From the human T2T-CHM13v2.0 reference genome, Homo sapiens, in the NCBI RefSeq assembly GCF_009914755.1, contig NC_060927.1: a stretch of DNA of 64,000 nucleotides; one strand, written 5' to 3'. Below are positions 13,811 through 26,460 of the stretch, one piece after another. A program made the position numbers and the translations under genes. The notes beneath the pieces are model-generated. The model was not told where the DNA came from. It did not search any database and saw only the letters and a list, made by a program, of their open reading frames with translations. Position 1 is the stretch's first letter; each line of letters starts with the position of its first letter.

Positions 13811-14569
13811 TTTTGCCCAATTTTTAATTGTTTTTTTATTTTTCATTGTCAATAGATTCAAATTTACATATAAAAATACTCATTTTATTAATAGTTGATT
13901 AAAAATAGTCTAAAAGTTGTTGTTTGGGAGTATGTGGAAAAATAGGGCCCCCCCCAATTGTTAATAATTAAGTACAAACATTTTTAGAAGGCAATTTGAT
14001 GAATGTGCTAACACTTTTTTAAAACATGGGCATAATGCCTGGATCCATGAATTCCTTTCCTATGGCTCAGTCTGATGGAATAACTTACACAAGTATAAAT
14101 GATATATAGACTAAAACTACTTACTAAAAGTAGTTTTATTTATAATATTGCAAACAAGACAACAATCTATATATTCATCAAACAGAGATTGGAAAATAAA
14201 ACATATTTGTAAAATGGGATACTGGGAAGTATTACAGAGTAAATCTGTGGTCCTGGTCTAAAAGAATGTATGTATGTATCTTTTAATTAAAGCAAGAAAG
14301 TAGTTACAGAATGATGTAAAACCTTTTTGTCATCTCTATACACATATATCACACATATCTATTTGCAAGTTTACATATATATTACATATGCAAATATATT
14401 TTACATGCAAAAAATTCCTGAAAGTAGATTACCTAGCTTCTAACATTTAAAATTTTTATTCGTGCTTTTGAATTTTTGAAGAGTATACATTACTTTTATC
14501 ATTAAAAACTATTAGTTCCCTTCCTTATAGTTACATAATAATACAATTAACATTTGCTTATAATATTTT

Positions 14570-14750
14570 GCAGGTCAAATACTAAGTGCTAAAAGTGTCA
14601 TCTTATTGAATCTCAGCATTACCCTGTCAGGTGCATTTTGTTGTGATCCGCATTTTACATTTGAGAAAAGCAACCTTGGAGCAGTTCTCTGCTTTCCCCG
14701 TGGTTGTGTGGGCAGTCAGCTGTGGAGCCAGCAGGATCCAAGTTTAAGGC
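14570..14750 (-). mobile_element. MIR relic
   Basis: ATTGAATCTCAGCATTACCCTGTCAGGT...CATTTTACATTTGAGAAA resembles the reversed MIR core. Confidence 0.6.
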
Positions 14751-17564
14751 CCGGCTCTGGCACTTGTTGCTAATTGAAAATATGCCTTTACCATTACTCA
14801 TGGTAAGTAGGTAGCATGACCTTAGTAGATTAACACTGACAGATTTTCTTCTCATATGATTGGAATGCCTAATTCTTTTGTGTTTTGTGGTTTTCCCCTT
14901 ACAACAGAATGGAAGAAAGTCCTGAAAAACATTCTGGCATTTTAAAAAAAGATCTGAAATGTGCATATTTTTCAAAAACTTAAGTTTTCAAATAAGATAA
15001 TTCTCAAATCCAGGGCCATCAATGTTGCATCTTCCAACAGAAGATAGATAATTACTTAGGGTTTCTGGAAAATGCTGAGAAATATCTAGGAGTTAAAACA
15101 CTGTTTTCAGTCCCAAATCTCCTGAACTACATTCCGGAAATCACCGTGCTTCTACAATTTCGGAATCAGCATACATATCCTCAATGCTCTGATTCATTTG
15201 TGGAAATATCAATTAGTCCTAAGATATGTCTTTTATTTTTGAAAACTCAACTTCAAAGGTATGGGAATAATTCCTGCATATGAACATGGCAAGGATTCTG
15301 GCTTAAAAGAATCTTCAGAGATGAATGACTTCTGGAAGCTGATTCAAAGCTTCAGGTGGACAAGCATGCATATTCAAGGGCTTCATTAAAGACCATCGCT
15401 TCGTTTTATCATCTGGTACTAACTCACAAAGACGTAAATGACTTTCCCAACAGGCTTCTGGCTAGTTTCTCAGAGCTTCAGCCCTTTTCTCTTTGGGGCC
15501 AAGACTACCTGTGTTTCCACCTGGAGTTATCATAGCAGAAGGACATGGGGTAGTATGCCCAGAGTGCCTTGAGCCACTTAAGCAATGGAGCTATTCCAGG
15601 ACGGCAAGTTTACTTGTTGTTACATGATACAAAACTCTTTTAATAAGAAACTATAGGAAAACATATCATACAGCAGAATGACTACCCTAATAAGATTCTC
15701 CAGGGGTTTGACACCACTTACCTATGTATGAAGATGATGGAATGCCACTATTTGAGAACTTCTCCACTGTACCATATTCAACTCAGTATATTACATAATG
15801 GACACTTTATTTGTGAGCCAGCCTGGTTTAGGGTCTCCAGGGCATTCTAACTAATGCCCTGTTAAAACAAACTAGATGCCTATACACTGATTTGACAAGG
15901 CTAGTTATGAAGTCTTAAACAAAAATTTATTTTTCCACTACATATTACAGTGAATGAAATTCCTAGTCCAACCAAAACCTGAATCCACGCATGTAGACAA
16001 GAACTACAAGTTCAAATGAGATAATGAAAACAGTTAACATGTCAAGGTGAGGGAACTGTGGGGGTGGGTTTCCTTTCTTTATCATTTGATATAAATAGAA
16101 ATCAAGAGAAAAAAGTGCACTCTGTAAAATTACCTACTTTGGGTAAGAGGTTTGAAGAAAGCAACATTGTACACAGACACTTTAGGAAGGCTTAGAATAG
16201 TTATTTTAGAGTCTAGAAGAAATGATAGAGATTATCTAGGTCATCACTGTCATCCTGCTGATGAAGTTGAGTGACTCTTTTAAGATCATACAGCTCATGA
16301 AAGAGCAGGAAATAAAACCAGCTCCTGACTGACTCCAAATCTGTTGTTCTTCTCCCTGTACATTCCTGCCCTAGCTGGTAGCATGCTGATATAAAGAACC
16401 TTTGTCATAGATACCTAGGAGGAGGCAAGTAAAGGGACGATACACACAGAGCAGGGAAATAAAATCCTACCAAAGAAAACTTGAACCATTTGATGATTTT
16501 ATTTAGACTGCCTCAGATGAGAAACTGAGGCTCTTTGGTTTCTGAGTCCTGGAAAAAAAATTGGTAACATTATCACACATGGAATCAGAGATCTTAGAGA
16601 GCATGTGGTCTGACTCTTCTTAGACCTAGGAATCTGAGTACCAAAGAGCGGAGACATACTTAATTAGGGTCACACTGCAACTTGGATGAAGAGAGAGGAC
16701 TCAAGTCCCAGTAGCCTAATTCTCAGATGATGGATTTTCTTCCATGGTATCATGTTCTCTCTTCTCCATACAGATGTATTAAAATAAAAAATAATGACAA
16801 CAAAATGCCCCAAACCTACAATGGGCCAAAGAACAGCTCCAAATGTTGATAGGGTTTCCTCTTAAAAACCAATCAGCAACTACTGGGAAGGATAACTGAC
16901 TTTATAAATGTCTGCTCCAAAGCAGTGAAAATGTTCTCAGGAGAATAAATAGCATCCATTTCTAAGGCTTAATTTACTCCTCAATCAATTCTCATCTACT
17001 GTGCTCCTGGGAAAACTGGATTACATGGATATTTGGTGCAAAATCAGTTCACGAACTCTGGATAACTTTCTCCCTTAATATTTTACTTTTGAGTTCCTGG
17101 ATGCTCATTTTCTACTGTCAGAAAAACTAGAGCCTTCAGACATTGACTGGGCTTAGAACAGTTTTTCAGGATTATTATTCCTAGAAGACGTAAGTGATCA
17201 ATATTGATGGATAATGTTATTACTAGTTGTTTTAATAGGCAAAAAGGATAAAAACAAAAGAGTTAGCAAACTGGACTTCTCAGCTTCTCTTAGTAGATGA
17301 CTTCATGTACTGTGGTCACTCTTACGCCTTGATAAATCTATGCTCAGACTGGAGATCATGATAAGCTGACCTGCTTAATGGGCTTCATAGAGACCATCAA
17401 ATAGAAACCCTGGCATGCAGAAACTTCATGATCAAGCTAATGGAGACATTATTGATGAAAATGCATGACTGTCTCCTGAACAGCAGGGCCAATGAATGCA
17501 CAGTTATTTACTTCCAGAAAACTCTGAGACATAATTTTGCAGGAAGTTTTCGTAAAATTAAGTT

Positions 17565-17990
17565 TTTAGAGTTCCAGAGACCTGCATTCAAACCCAGCTC
17601 TGCCATTTTTCTACGAATATAGCTTACAGACTCTGAATAGGTAAGCTCCCTCAATTGTAAAATGTGAATGCTAGTGCCATCTTTCATTTTATTTAAATAT
17701 TTTGAATACATATTATATATTCATGATACAAAATATATGTGGTACAAGAGTATCCAGTGAAACACATTATTCTTCCCTCCACTGATAGCCACAAAATGCT
17801 TCTCCCTGGCACAATGCCTGTTACCTAATTCATGAGTTCTCCTCTACAAATATTCCATGCATTTATAAACACACACATTTACACCCATACATATTTTAAA
17901 ATTACATCTGAGTACTTATTTTTAGGGTTGTCAATTAGGCAAGTAGATAAAGCTTGTAAAGCATCCAGTCCCTAATCATATTATTAGTGG
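17565..17990 (+). mobile_element. MIR split by an old L1ME-like fragment (~17690-17900)
   Basis: AGACCTGCATTCAAACCCAGCTCTGCCA...CTCAATTGTAAAATG, then MIR-like sequence resumes near 17905 (TAGGGTTGTCAATTAGG). Confidence 0.55.
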
Positions 17991-18499
17991 GTTTTTCAAA
18001 GTTCTTTAAAGAATCATTTACAATATACAATGTTTGCTAGTGCTCAAATTCTAGGAGCAGTAGCTGGAAGGAGGCCATTACCCACTGAGGAGAAAGAACT
18101 TCTGACGTATCACTCAGCTGACACACTGGAAGGCATCGATGATGCCGGCCATCTGTTTCTTTTTCTTCCACTGCCAGAGTATCATAAATTATCTTCTGCA
18201 GCAATCAAGTTCTACCCCTTTCTGTAGCAAGGGTCTATGGTGGAAGAAATACATCAAGCTAAACACAGTTGGAGACATCCAACTGTCTAGGTCACCCTAT
18301 TGATGGAAATAGTTGCAAAGGAAGTTTAGGTGAATCTTGGAAGCCAAACTGGATTTCTTAAGAACTTTAAATGAAGCTGCACCATTGAATTCAACTTAAA
18401 AGAATATCTTGAAACATGCAAAGACAAGAATATAGTCTTAAAACTATTACATATTAGAGTTGGAAGGTCTCTACATATAGAAAGCATTATTGTTCCTTA

Positions 18500-18925
18500 T
18501 TCTCACCTTTCCTATGTTCATGTCCCTTGACATGATTTTCCATTTTTCCCCCTAGAGGCAGAATCCACCTCTTTGATTCTAGTCTTAACCACATGGCATG
18601 CTTTGGTCAAAAGAATGTAGGTGAAAGGGACAGTGACACAGTTTTGGGCTCAGACATTAATGGTTATTGAATGTTTCTACCCACTCATTTGCACTTTCTG
18701 CCCTCACCATGAGCGGATTCCCCCTTGTGTTACCCAGTGGCCCAAGAAGGATGAAAATCACATTGAGCATCAGAACTGGATCCTACCTAGAACACAGACA
18801 TGTCAAGGCTAGATCAGCTGAACCCCAGTCAATCTGCAAATTTATGAGTTAGGATGATAACAATTTAAGTCAGAAAATTTGATGTGCCTTGCTATATAGG
18901 ATTATCATGGCTACAGCTGATTATA
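18500..18925 (+). mobile_element. MaLR LTR, MLT1H/I/J-like
   Basis: CCACATGGCATGCTTTGGTCAAAAGAATG, CAAGGCTAGATCAGCTGAACCCCAG and a terminal TTATCATGGCTACAGCTGATT. Confidence 0.7.
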
Positions 18926-19178
18926 ACTCTCATAGATCACTCCTAAAGGGGAAGGAATGTTTCTATGTTTCAGCTTAGCATAGTGACAAGTGCATAATAG
19001 ACACTTATGTTTGTTGCATTGTATTGAACCTAATGCAGCAGCTTATTTTCAAATGAAGATCCTTCTGGGTTTACAGAGGAATGACGTATTGTCTAAGGAG
19101 TATTACACAGTTAAGTAGCAGGAAATGTAGAACTGGATTTCCCTATCCCCCAAGCTAGGGGACAATGACCTTCAAAAG

Positions 19179-19325
19179 CAGGGCTTCTCAACCTTTTCAC
19201 TATTGACATTTGGGGCCATCTCTAATCTCTACACACTAGATCCCAGATATGTAAAAACCAAAAACGTCTCCAGACATTGCCAGATATACCAAGTAGAGCA
19301 AAATTGTCCGTAGTTGGGAACCAAT
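19179..19325. mobile_element. MER20 (hAT-Charlie MITE), internally deleted
   Basis: CAGGGCTTCTCAACC...CACTATTGACATTTGGGGCC...AAAAACGTCTCCAGACATTGCCA...GTTGGGAACCA. Confidence 0.85.
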
Positions 19326-19891
19326 GAACAACTACAACACTTTTGACTAGATAATTTTTAACTGCTAAAACATATGCTTAAAAGAATGCAGACTGGATAA
19401 AATATAAGGGTAACTGATATCTTACTCATATAAGTTTTGTTACGAGTATTTAAGACACTGGAAATCATAGTTATGAGTTAACTAAAGACCAACTTGGAAC
19501 CTAAATTAACCACCTTCATCAACTACAGAGTGGAGCACAAGGCAATTCTTTGTAGTTAAAACGATTTTAGAAATAGAATTTTAGATGCTCATTCTTATGG
19601 ATCCATTCTGTCTTCCTGGTATTCTGGTCATTTTTACCATTTTCCTTATTACACCTCAGAAAAAAAGTCTGCAGGGCCAGGCCAGGGAATAAGAAAATCC
19701 CTTTTCTTTGTTAAGATTTTCCTAATTCTTGATCAAGACTTGAAAGCTCTCTTGGCTCATTCATCCCTACCGGCTATCTGACGGCACTGACATCACCCCA
19801 GCATTGGGGCTGCACTTACCTCGGCATACGATGGAACTCATTAGCTCATCATATACATTTCTTATCCTATTAGCCACTGATACCTTCTGTA

Positions 19892-20068
19892 ACAGTGCTT
19901 CTTCTATCTACCCATTAGAATTTCGAGGACTGCTTCCATAACACACAGATGCTTAGCCTCACCCCAGACCATTTAAATTTAACTTCCTGGAAATAAAGCT
20001 GAACACTAGTCATTTAAAAAAAAATCCCCGTGTAATTTCATTGTGCAGGCAGGATTGACAACTACTGT
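19892..20068. mobile_element. MER5-type MITE
   Basis: CAGTGCTTCT...CAGATGCTTAGCCTCACCCCAGACC...TGTGCAGGCAGGATTGACAACTACTG. Confidence 0.65.
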
Positions 20069-20124
20069 TTTAAAACATACATCATATGAGGTCACATTTA
20101 GTTAAAGAAACAACCACATCAAGA

Positions 20125-21380
20125 ACACCGAAAGCTCTTACCATGACCCATAAGGGTCCTACAAGATCTAGTCCCTGGCTATCCCTCTTTCACCTCTAAC
20201 CACTCCCCCAACCCTCTCTGCTCAGCCACACTGGTCTCCCTGTTACCCATGACGTGCTTCAAGTAGGACCTTTGTCTCAGGATCTCTGCTTTTTACATCT
20301 CTTGTCCTAGAATATTCTTTCCCAGATGTTCACATGGTCCAAAACCTGACCTTGCGCCCAGGTGATTCCTCAGATACCCATTCCCCAAGATGCTTTCCCT
20401 AACCTCTCTACAGAAAAGAGCACCTTTTTCTCTGCAACCTCACCAGCATCTGTTGTTTCTTGCCTTTTTAATAATCACCATTCTCACTGGCATGAGATGG
20501 TATCTCATTCTGGTTTCTATTTGCATTTCTCTGATGATCAGTGGGAAGGTGAATTAGTTCAACCACTATGGAACACAGCGTGGTGATTCCTCAAAGATCT
20601 AGAAGGAGAAATACCATTTGACCCAGCAATCCTGTTACTGGGTATATACCCAAAGAAATAGAAATAATTCTATTACAAAGATACATGCATGCGTATGTTC
20701 ATTGTGGCACTATTCACAATAGCAAATACATGGAATCAACAAAAATGCCCATCAATGATAGACTGGATAAGGAAAATGTGGTACATATACACCATAGAAT
20801 ATTATGCAGCCATAAAAAGGAATGAGATCATGTCTTGTGCAGGAACATGGATGGAGCTGGAAGCCATTATCCTCAGCAAACTAAGGCAGGAACAGAAAAC
20901 CAAATACTGCGTGTTCTCACTTGTAAGTGGGAGCTGAACAATGAGAACACATGGACACAGGGAGGGGAGCAACACATACTGGGGCCTGTCAGGAGTGGGG
21001 TTGGGGGAGGGAGAGCATTGGGAAAAATATCTAATGCAAGCTGGGCTTATTACCTAGGTGATGGGTTGACAGGTGCAGCAAACCACCATGGCACACATTT
21101 ACCCACGTAACAAACCTGCACATCCTACATATGTACCCCAGAACTTAAAATTAAAATTATTAAAAGAAAAGAGCACCTTTTAACTCTACCCCCCAAGCTT
21201 TGCTGTGTTTCTTCAGGGCACTTATTAAAATATGACTTAGATACATGTGTATATTTGTTCATTTTCTCCCTCCCCATGAAGGCAGGGACCGAACATGTTT
21301 TGGTTCACTTCAATACACCCAGCATCTGTATCAGTGCCCAGAACCTAGAAAGAACTCATAAAACATTTGCTGAAAGATTT
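20125..21380 (+). mobile_element. L2 3' region interrupted by an L1 insertion
   Basis: L2 motifs CAGCCACACTGGTCTCC and AGAATATTCTTTCCCAGATG lie before the L1. CCATGAAGGCAGGGACC...AAACATTTGCTGAA lies after it. Confidence 0.75.
20429..21164 (+). mobile_element. 5'-inverted, truncated L1PA (L1PA10-13-like)
   Basis: Perfect 17-bp TSD AGAAAAGAGCACCTTTT at 20412-20428 and 21165-21181. 20429-20541 is antisense ORF2; 20543-21164 is the sense ORF2 end (WIRKMWYIYTIEYYAAIK) plus 3' UTR. Confidence 0.95.
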
Positions 21381-23276
21381 TAACAAGAACTTTAAAATAT
21401 GTTTATGTTTATTCCAATTCAGGCACTGGATTAGGTGCTTTTTAACATGATTACCTCATTTCTTCTTCAGGGGAAGTCTCGTTTTTCTTAATTAAAAAAC
21501 TTGAGGATAAGAAAAGTTAAGAAAAACACACAAAGTCAAATACATAATAAGTTCCAACACCATAATTAGAACCCAGGATTTTTTCATTCCCACACTCGTT
21601 TTTCCCTCTAACAGAACAGCCCTTTGACTTAGGTTCTTTTCTTGGGCAGAGTATAGAGGGGGAACACTCAGGGCGCTGGGCAACTTGGGTTTGTAATGGC
21701 CACCATAAAGCTCTGACTGTGAGCAAAACAATGACTATTCTTTGACCCTAGTTTTCTTGCCTGTAAAATAATTGGTTTGAACAACTTCATATTTAAGAAC
21801 CCTGCAGAGCTTGAGAATTCTACTGTAGACAAGTCTGGACTTGTTCTATGTGGCCATAGACTGCAGAACCACCAGGGAAAAGATGACAAAGATCCACATT
21901 CAGGTCAACATGAAAATTCCATTTCTAACAAATGCAGCTTTCTGAAAGGTGGCCAGGCTTCCATGAGGGGTGGTCAGTCTCTATAGCTGTGAGGTTCAAT
22001 CTCGTCTTCAGGGAATAGCCTGAAGAGCCTTCTTCCTTGCATTGGGGTTGAACTTGAAAACTTCTGAGTTCCCTACAGATTTTGTGATATTTTATTTTTC
22101 ATAGACACTATGTTTGTTAAATAATTATGACTCTGCTTTGCCGGCCTGTCACAGCATAGAGAAACGACCTATCTCTATCTTGTCCTGAAATATAGGCCTC
22201 AGCAAACAATATGGAGTCATGGACCACAGGCATCCTGTGTTCTGCCATTGCAGGGAGGTAATTACCACAATGCCCCTTCATTCCACACTCTTCCTGGGCC
22301 AATCAGCTTCCCTCATGAGGAGAGGGCAGCCATTCAGCATTCAGATACTCTGAAGAACAAACTGACAGCTTGGATCCCAGCAGTTGGTTTGATTATCCCC
22401 TTAGAGAGAGTGTGCAGTTGAAGTCTCTCATGGAAAATAAGTCAAGGTGGGAGAAGATTCCAAGTTGTTTATTTATAAGTGAGAGCTTCATCTTCAAACA
22501 GCTTTGAGAGGAAGCCTGTCACTAAGGACTGAACTAAATTTTCCATTCCAAGACTTAATTCTCTTTAGGGCTTAACAGTCTTTCCTGCTGCTGCTATTTC
22601 CAGAAATAACCAAAATGCCTACAGAGTGATGTCAATGGCACCAGTGATCAGATAACAGCCTGCACTGTGAACTAACAGATGAAGCTTTTCTGTTAAATCT
22701 AAAACAAACTGCAGAAACCCTGAATACTTTTCTTTCGAATCAGCATGAAATGGACCATATATATATATATATAAAACTTATGCTCTAATTTTGCCTTGAA
22801 TTGTTATTCTTTGGGCTAGGGTTTATAACCTCTTCGAGTCTACTCGAAAGTGGTGACATTTAAATGATGATGTCTTCTGTTCTCCAGAAATGCTGTTAGA
22901 AGCAAACTACAGCTTCAAAGAATTATTTCCCAAAGGCAAAATTGCTGCTGACACTATTTAAGAAATACTACTTGGGTTTGGCTCAGCACGGTTAAGTAGA
23001 CACAAAGGAAGGGAATGTTTACCCAGCTCCAAAGGGACAGAAGGAAAGAGTACATCAGCACAGTTTTGTCTGTGGAATTCAGAGCACAGGTTGGGGCTTA
23101 GTATCAAAAATCTCATCCATGCATCAGTTCTTCAATCTGCCTTCTCTATTACTTTCCATAACTCTAATAAAGAGAGGAAATTTAGTCGCATGTCACATGA
23201 TGTCTTGCCACACTTATATTGCTATCATTTCCTTTCTGAACCATTAAGCAAGTATTTTGACTTTTCCTCCTCTGGA

Positions 23277-23625
23277 TGTATTAGTTTTCCTGTGCTGCTG
23301 TAACAGACCACCATATACTTAGTGGCTTAAAACAATACAAATTTACAATCTCATAGTTCTGTAGATCAGAAGTTGGTATGACTCTCACCAGGCTAAAACC
23401 AACAGGCTGGCAGGGCTGTGTTTCATTTTAGAGGGTCTAGGGGAGAATCTGTTTCCTTGCTCATTTAGGTTATAGGCAGAATTCATTTCCTTTCAATGTA
23501 GGACTGGGGTCTCTATCTTCTTAATGACTGACAACTGAGGTCCATTCCCAGCTTGCAGAAGTTGCCTATGTGTCTTGGCTTGTTACCCCTTCTTGAACAT
23601 GCAAAGCCAGCAATGGCTGGTAGAT
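23277..23625 (-). mobile_element. MaLR LTR, MLT1E-like (partial)
   Basis: TGTATTAGTTTTCCTGTGCTGCTGTAACA...TTAGTGGCTTAAAACAA...GGGGAGAATCTGTTTCCTTGCTCAT...AAAGCCAGCAATGG. Confidence 0.85.
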
Positions 23626-24208
23626 CTGTTGTAACCTGGATTATGAGAATAATACTAAGGTAGTACTTGCATTGGATTAGAGGACCCTCTAGGGAAAAAG
23701 GAGACTTTAAGACAGGGAGACTTCATTACCACTGGCAGTAAAAGGCCCTTAATTTACAAGAGCTAGTCAAATAGTCCTTGTGGAAACTCTAGGATTTGCA
23801 GTACAGATGTGTCTCAGGTCAAGGTCAGATCTATCCTATTTCAGTCTAGGCAGAAGTGCAATAAAAATAGAATAAATGTGGGAGTTTATAAAAAGCTACA
23901 TTCAGCTAGATCTCTACAACCTATTTTTATGCCATATGTATATTAGCATTATCAGGAGAAATGCACTTTTAGATATAACATTATTTGTGAACACTAAAAG
24001 CTTTCATCAAAATATTTCCAATGACTTTGGAAATTTGTTGGTAAGGAGAAATATATGAACTATATTTGAACCTGAAGTTAACTTTATTTGCATTTCCATT
24101 TTCTTGTTTTACTCAACAAAGTGTTCCAGAGTTTCCAGCAAATGCCTTGTCATTATTGATTTTGAAGTAGGAAATGAATGTTTAAAAACTATAATTCTGG
24201 AAGAATAG

Positions 24209-24218
24209 TATATGTATA

Positions 24219-24299
<81 letters not shown>
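24209..24299. repeat. Compound microsatellite (TG)n(TA)n(CA)n
   Basis: Read directly from the sequence. Confidence 0.97.
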
Positions 24300-24302
<3 letters not shown>

Positions 24303-24797
24303 GAGGGAGAGATGGACAATCTATACATAGGCCATATAGTATATGTATATATATATTCTAGATGCTGAGACTAATGCAAAGCTATCGATTCAGATTAGAT
24401 TAAAACATAGGATATTAGTATGTATCTGTCCTTTAAGTTTCAATTTTGTCCAGTACATTGAAGTTAAACTTACCTTGCCTTGAAACAAACTAAAGGAAAT
24501 AAAGATGAGTACCTTATGAGGCTTACATTGACCACTGCGAAAAGAGCAGGGTTCCCACTCCTTCACATGTTGAGGGCCCTAGACTCTTAGACTGAGATTC
24601 ACAAATTGTTAAATAGACAGTGCCTTAGAAATCACATAGTTGGACCCATTTGTTTTCTATTGTAACACACAGCTCTTTTCCATTCCTATTTTGCATCACT
24701 TATTCTACACTAAGGAGGACAACTATCAATGATTAATGAACTTCAAAGATATTCATTAGGCTATAATTTCTCGGGTATAGAGCTTTGGCAGAAACAG

Positions 24798-24920
24798 TTT
24801 ATAATCTTACAGTTCTATACATCAGAAGTTAGTATGAATCTCACCAGGCTAAATCCAAAGTGCTGGCAGGGCTGTGTTTTATTTTAGAGGGTCCAGGGGA
24901 GAATGCGTTTCCTTGCTCAT
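24798..24920 (-). mobile_element. 123-bp MLT1E fragment, near-copy of 23342-23464
   Basis: Gapless hand alignment gives 108/123 identities. Confidence 0.85.
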
Positions 24921-25309
24921 AAGCTTTGGTGGGGGAAAGTCTTTTGGGGCATTTTCATTCATGAGGTTGGAGTAACAAACCAATTGAGCTTGCCCAGCCC
25001 TGCTCTCTTGTTCTCCTGTGGCAAGATTAGAAAGCTGTACTTCTGCTTTGGAGTTGTTTAGATCTGAGAAGACTTAGGGACTAGGAGAGTCTCAACATTG
25101 GGAAATATTCCGAGCTCTTGGTCTCCTTCTCTTGGGTTTGTTTTGTCTTATAGAAAGATGTGGTCTTCCTAGAAGAATGACCCTAGAAGGATTATTCCTT
25201 GACACTAGAGTGGTAGAACCACAAGATTGAGCAACAACGTGAACTTGGGGGATGGCTACCTGCTGGCTCCTTATACTTGCTTTGCTTCCAGGCTGGGCCA
25301 GCCTTTAGT

Positions 25310-26460
25310 GTGTTTATTACTCAGGATACTCCAGAGAAGTAAAATAGTGGGAATGAATGCACCTCCTTGTGGGTCACACATTGTATCTCACTTTTAGGGG
25401 CCTGCTGGGACTTAAGTCTAGTACAGGTCTGGAACCAAAGAAAGGCAGGTCCTGAGGAGAATCAGTATTGTCTTGCATGGCAGATTCCTGAGGAGAGAGT
25501 TTTCTCAGGCAATGCAGGGTAAACCTCCTCAGGCAAGTTAGAAAGGCTATACAACTGGGATTAGGGCCACTTCTGCTGGCGGTGGGGAGGGATATTCTGC
25601 CTGGGGTGGAGAATCCCTTGTCATGCTGCCCTCATCACTCCATTTAAAATTATTTCAAAATTTTTCTTGATGATTTCTCAATAAATTCAACAGACCCTTT
25701 GAAAACATCCCTCCTATACTTAGTGGTACAGAATACAACCGGCCAACGCTCTTTCTTGATAATTTCTGTCTTTGACAGCACCGGTAAAGAACTGAGGGGC
25801 TTTATGTCCCTAGTTTGATCACATTCTTCCCACATGTACCCATTTCAGCTTATGGGAACCCATTATTTCCCATCAATGCCCTCACTTTAAACAGTCAACA
25901 CCCTGTCAGGCTGTGAGTTAACTTATACTGTAATTAAGCCAGTTGCAGGATGAAGTTCTGCATTAGATTTTCAGCAATTTCAGCCCTGTGGATACAGGAG
26001 AAAACCATCTCCTTCAGGACACACATAGAAGATCTTAGGTCTTTTATGCAGCACTTAAACTGGAAATTCAAATTCCTGAGCTCATCTTTATCTGTCACCA
26101 CTTTTTCTAGTGACATTAGCAGTAATCAACCAGTGTCACTGTTTCATTTATTTTCCAAAAATGTTGAAAAGTATTATATGGGGTCATATAGCTACTTGCT
26201 TCTTTTAAGTGATTGATTAGGATTAAGAATATTTTACTTATCTCTGTAAAAGTTAAGGCCATGGGATATCATTTTTCTATTACCGGAAATGGAATCATTG
26301 GCATCTTTAAATCTAATCAGATTAAAGAGCCAATTCCAAAAACACCAGAATCAATTCAGAAAAACTTATCTATAAAATTCTGTTTCTCTAGAATCATTTT
26401 TGGTACCAAAATCTTTTTTAGTCAGGGTTCTCCAGAGAAACGGAACTAGTACCAGATACA
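25310..26460 (-). mobile_element. ERVL internal (gag) relic with MLT2 LTR stub(s)
   Basis: Minus strand reads TCTGGAGAACCCTGACTAA (MLT2 3' end) then GATTTTGGTACC...TTCTAGAG (ERVL internal start). ORF 25934-26116 MSLEKVVTDKDELR...RAEIAEN resembles ERVL gag. Confidence 0.85.

Noticed and set aside
22833-22848. Palindrome TTCGAGT-CT-ACTCGAA
   Set aside because: 7-bp arms are expected by chance in 64 kb.
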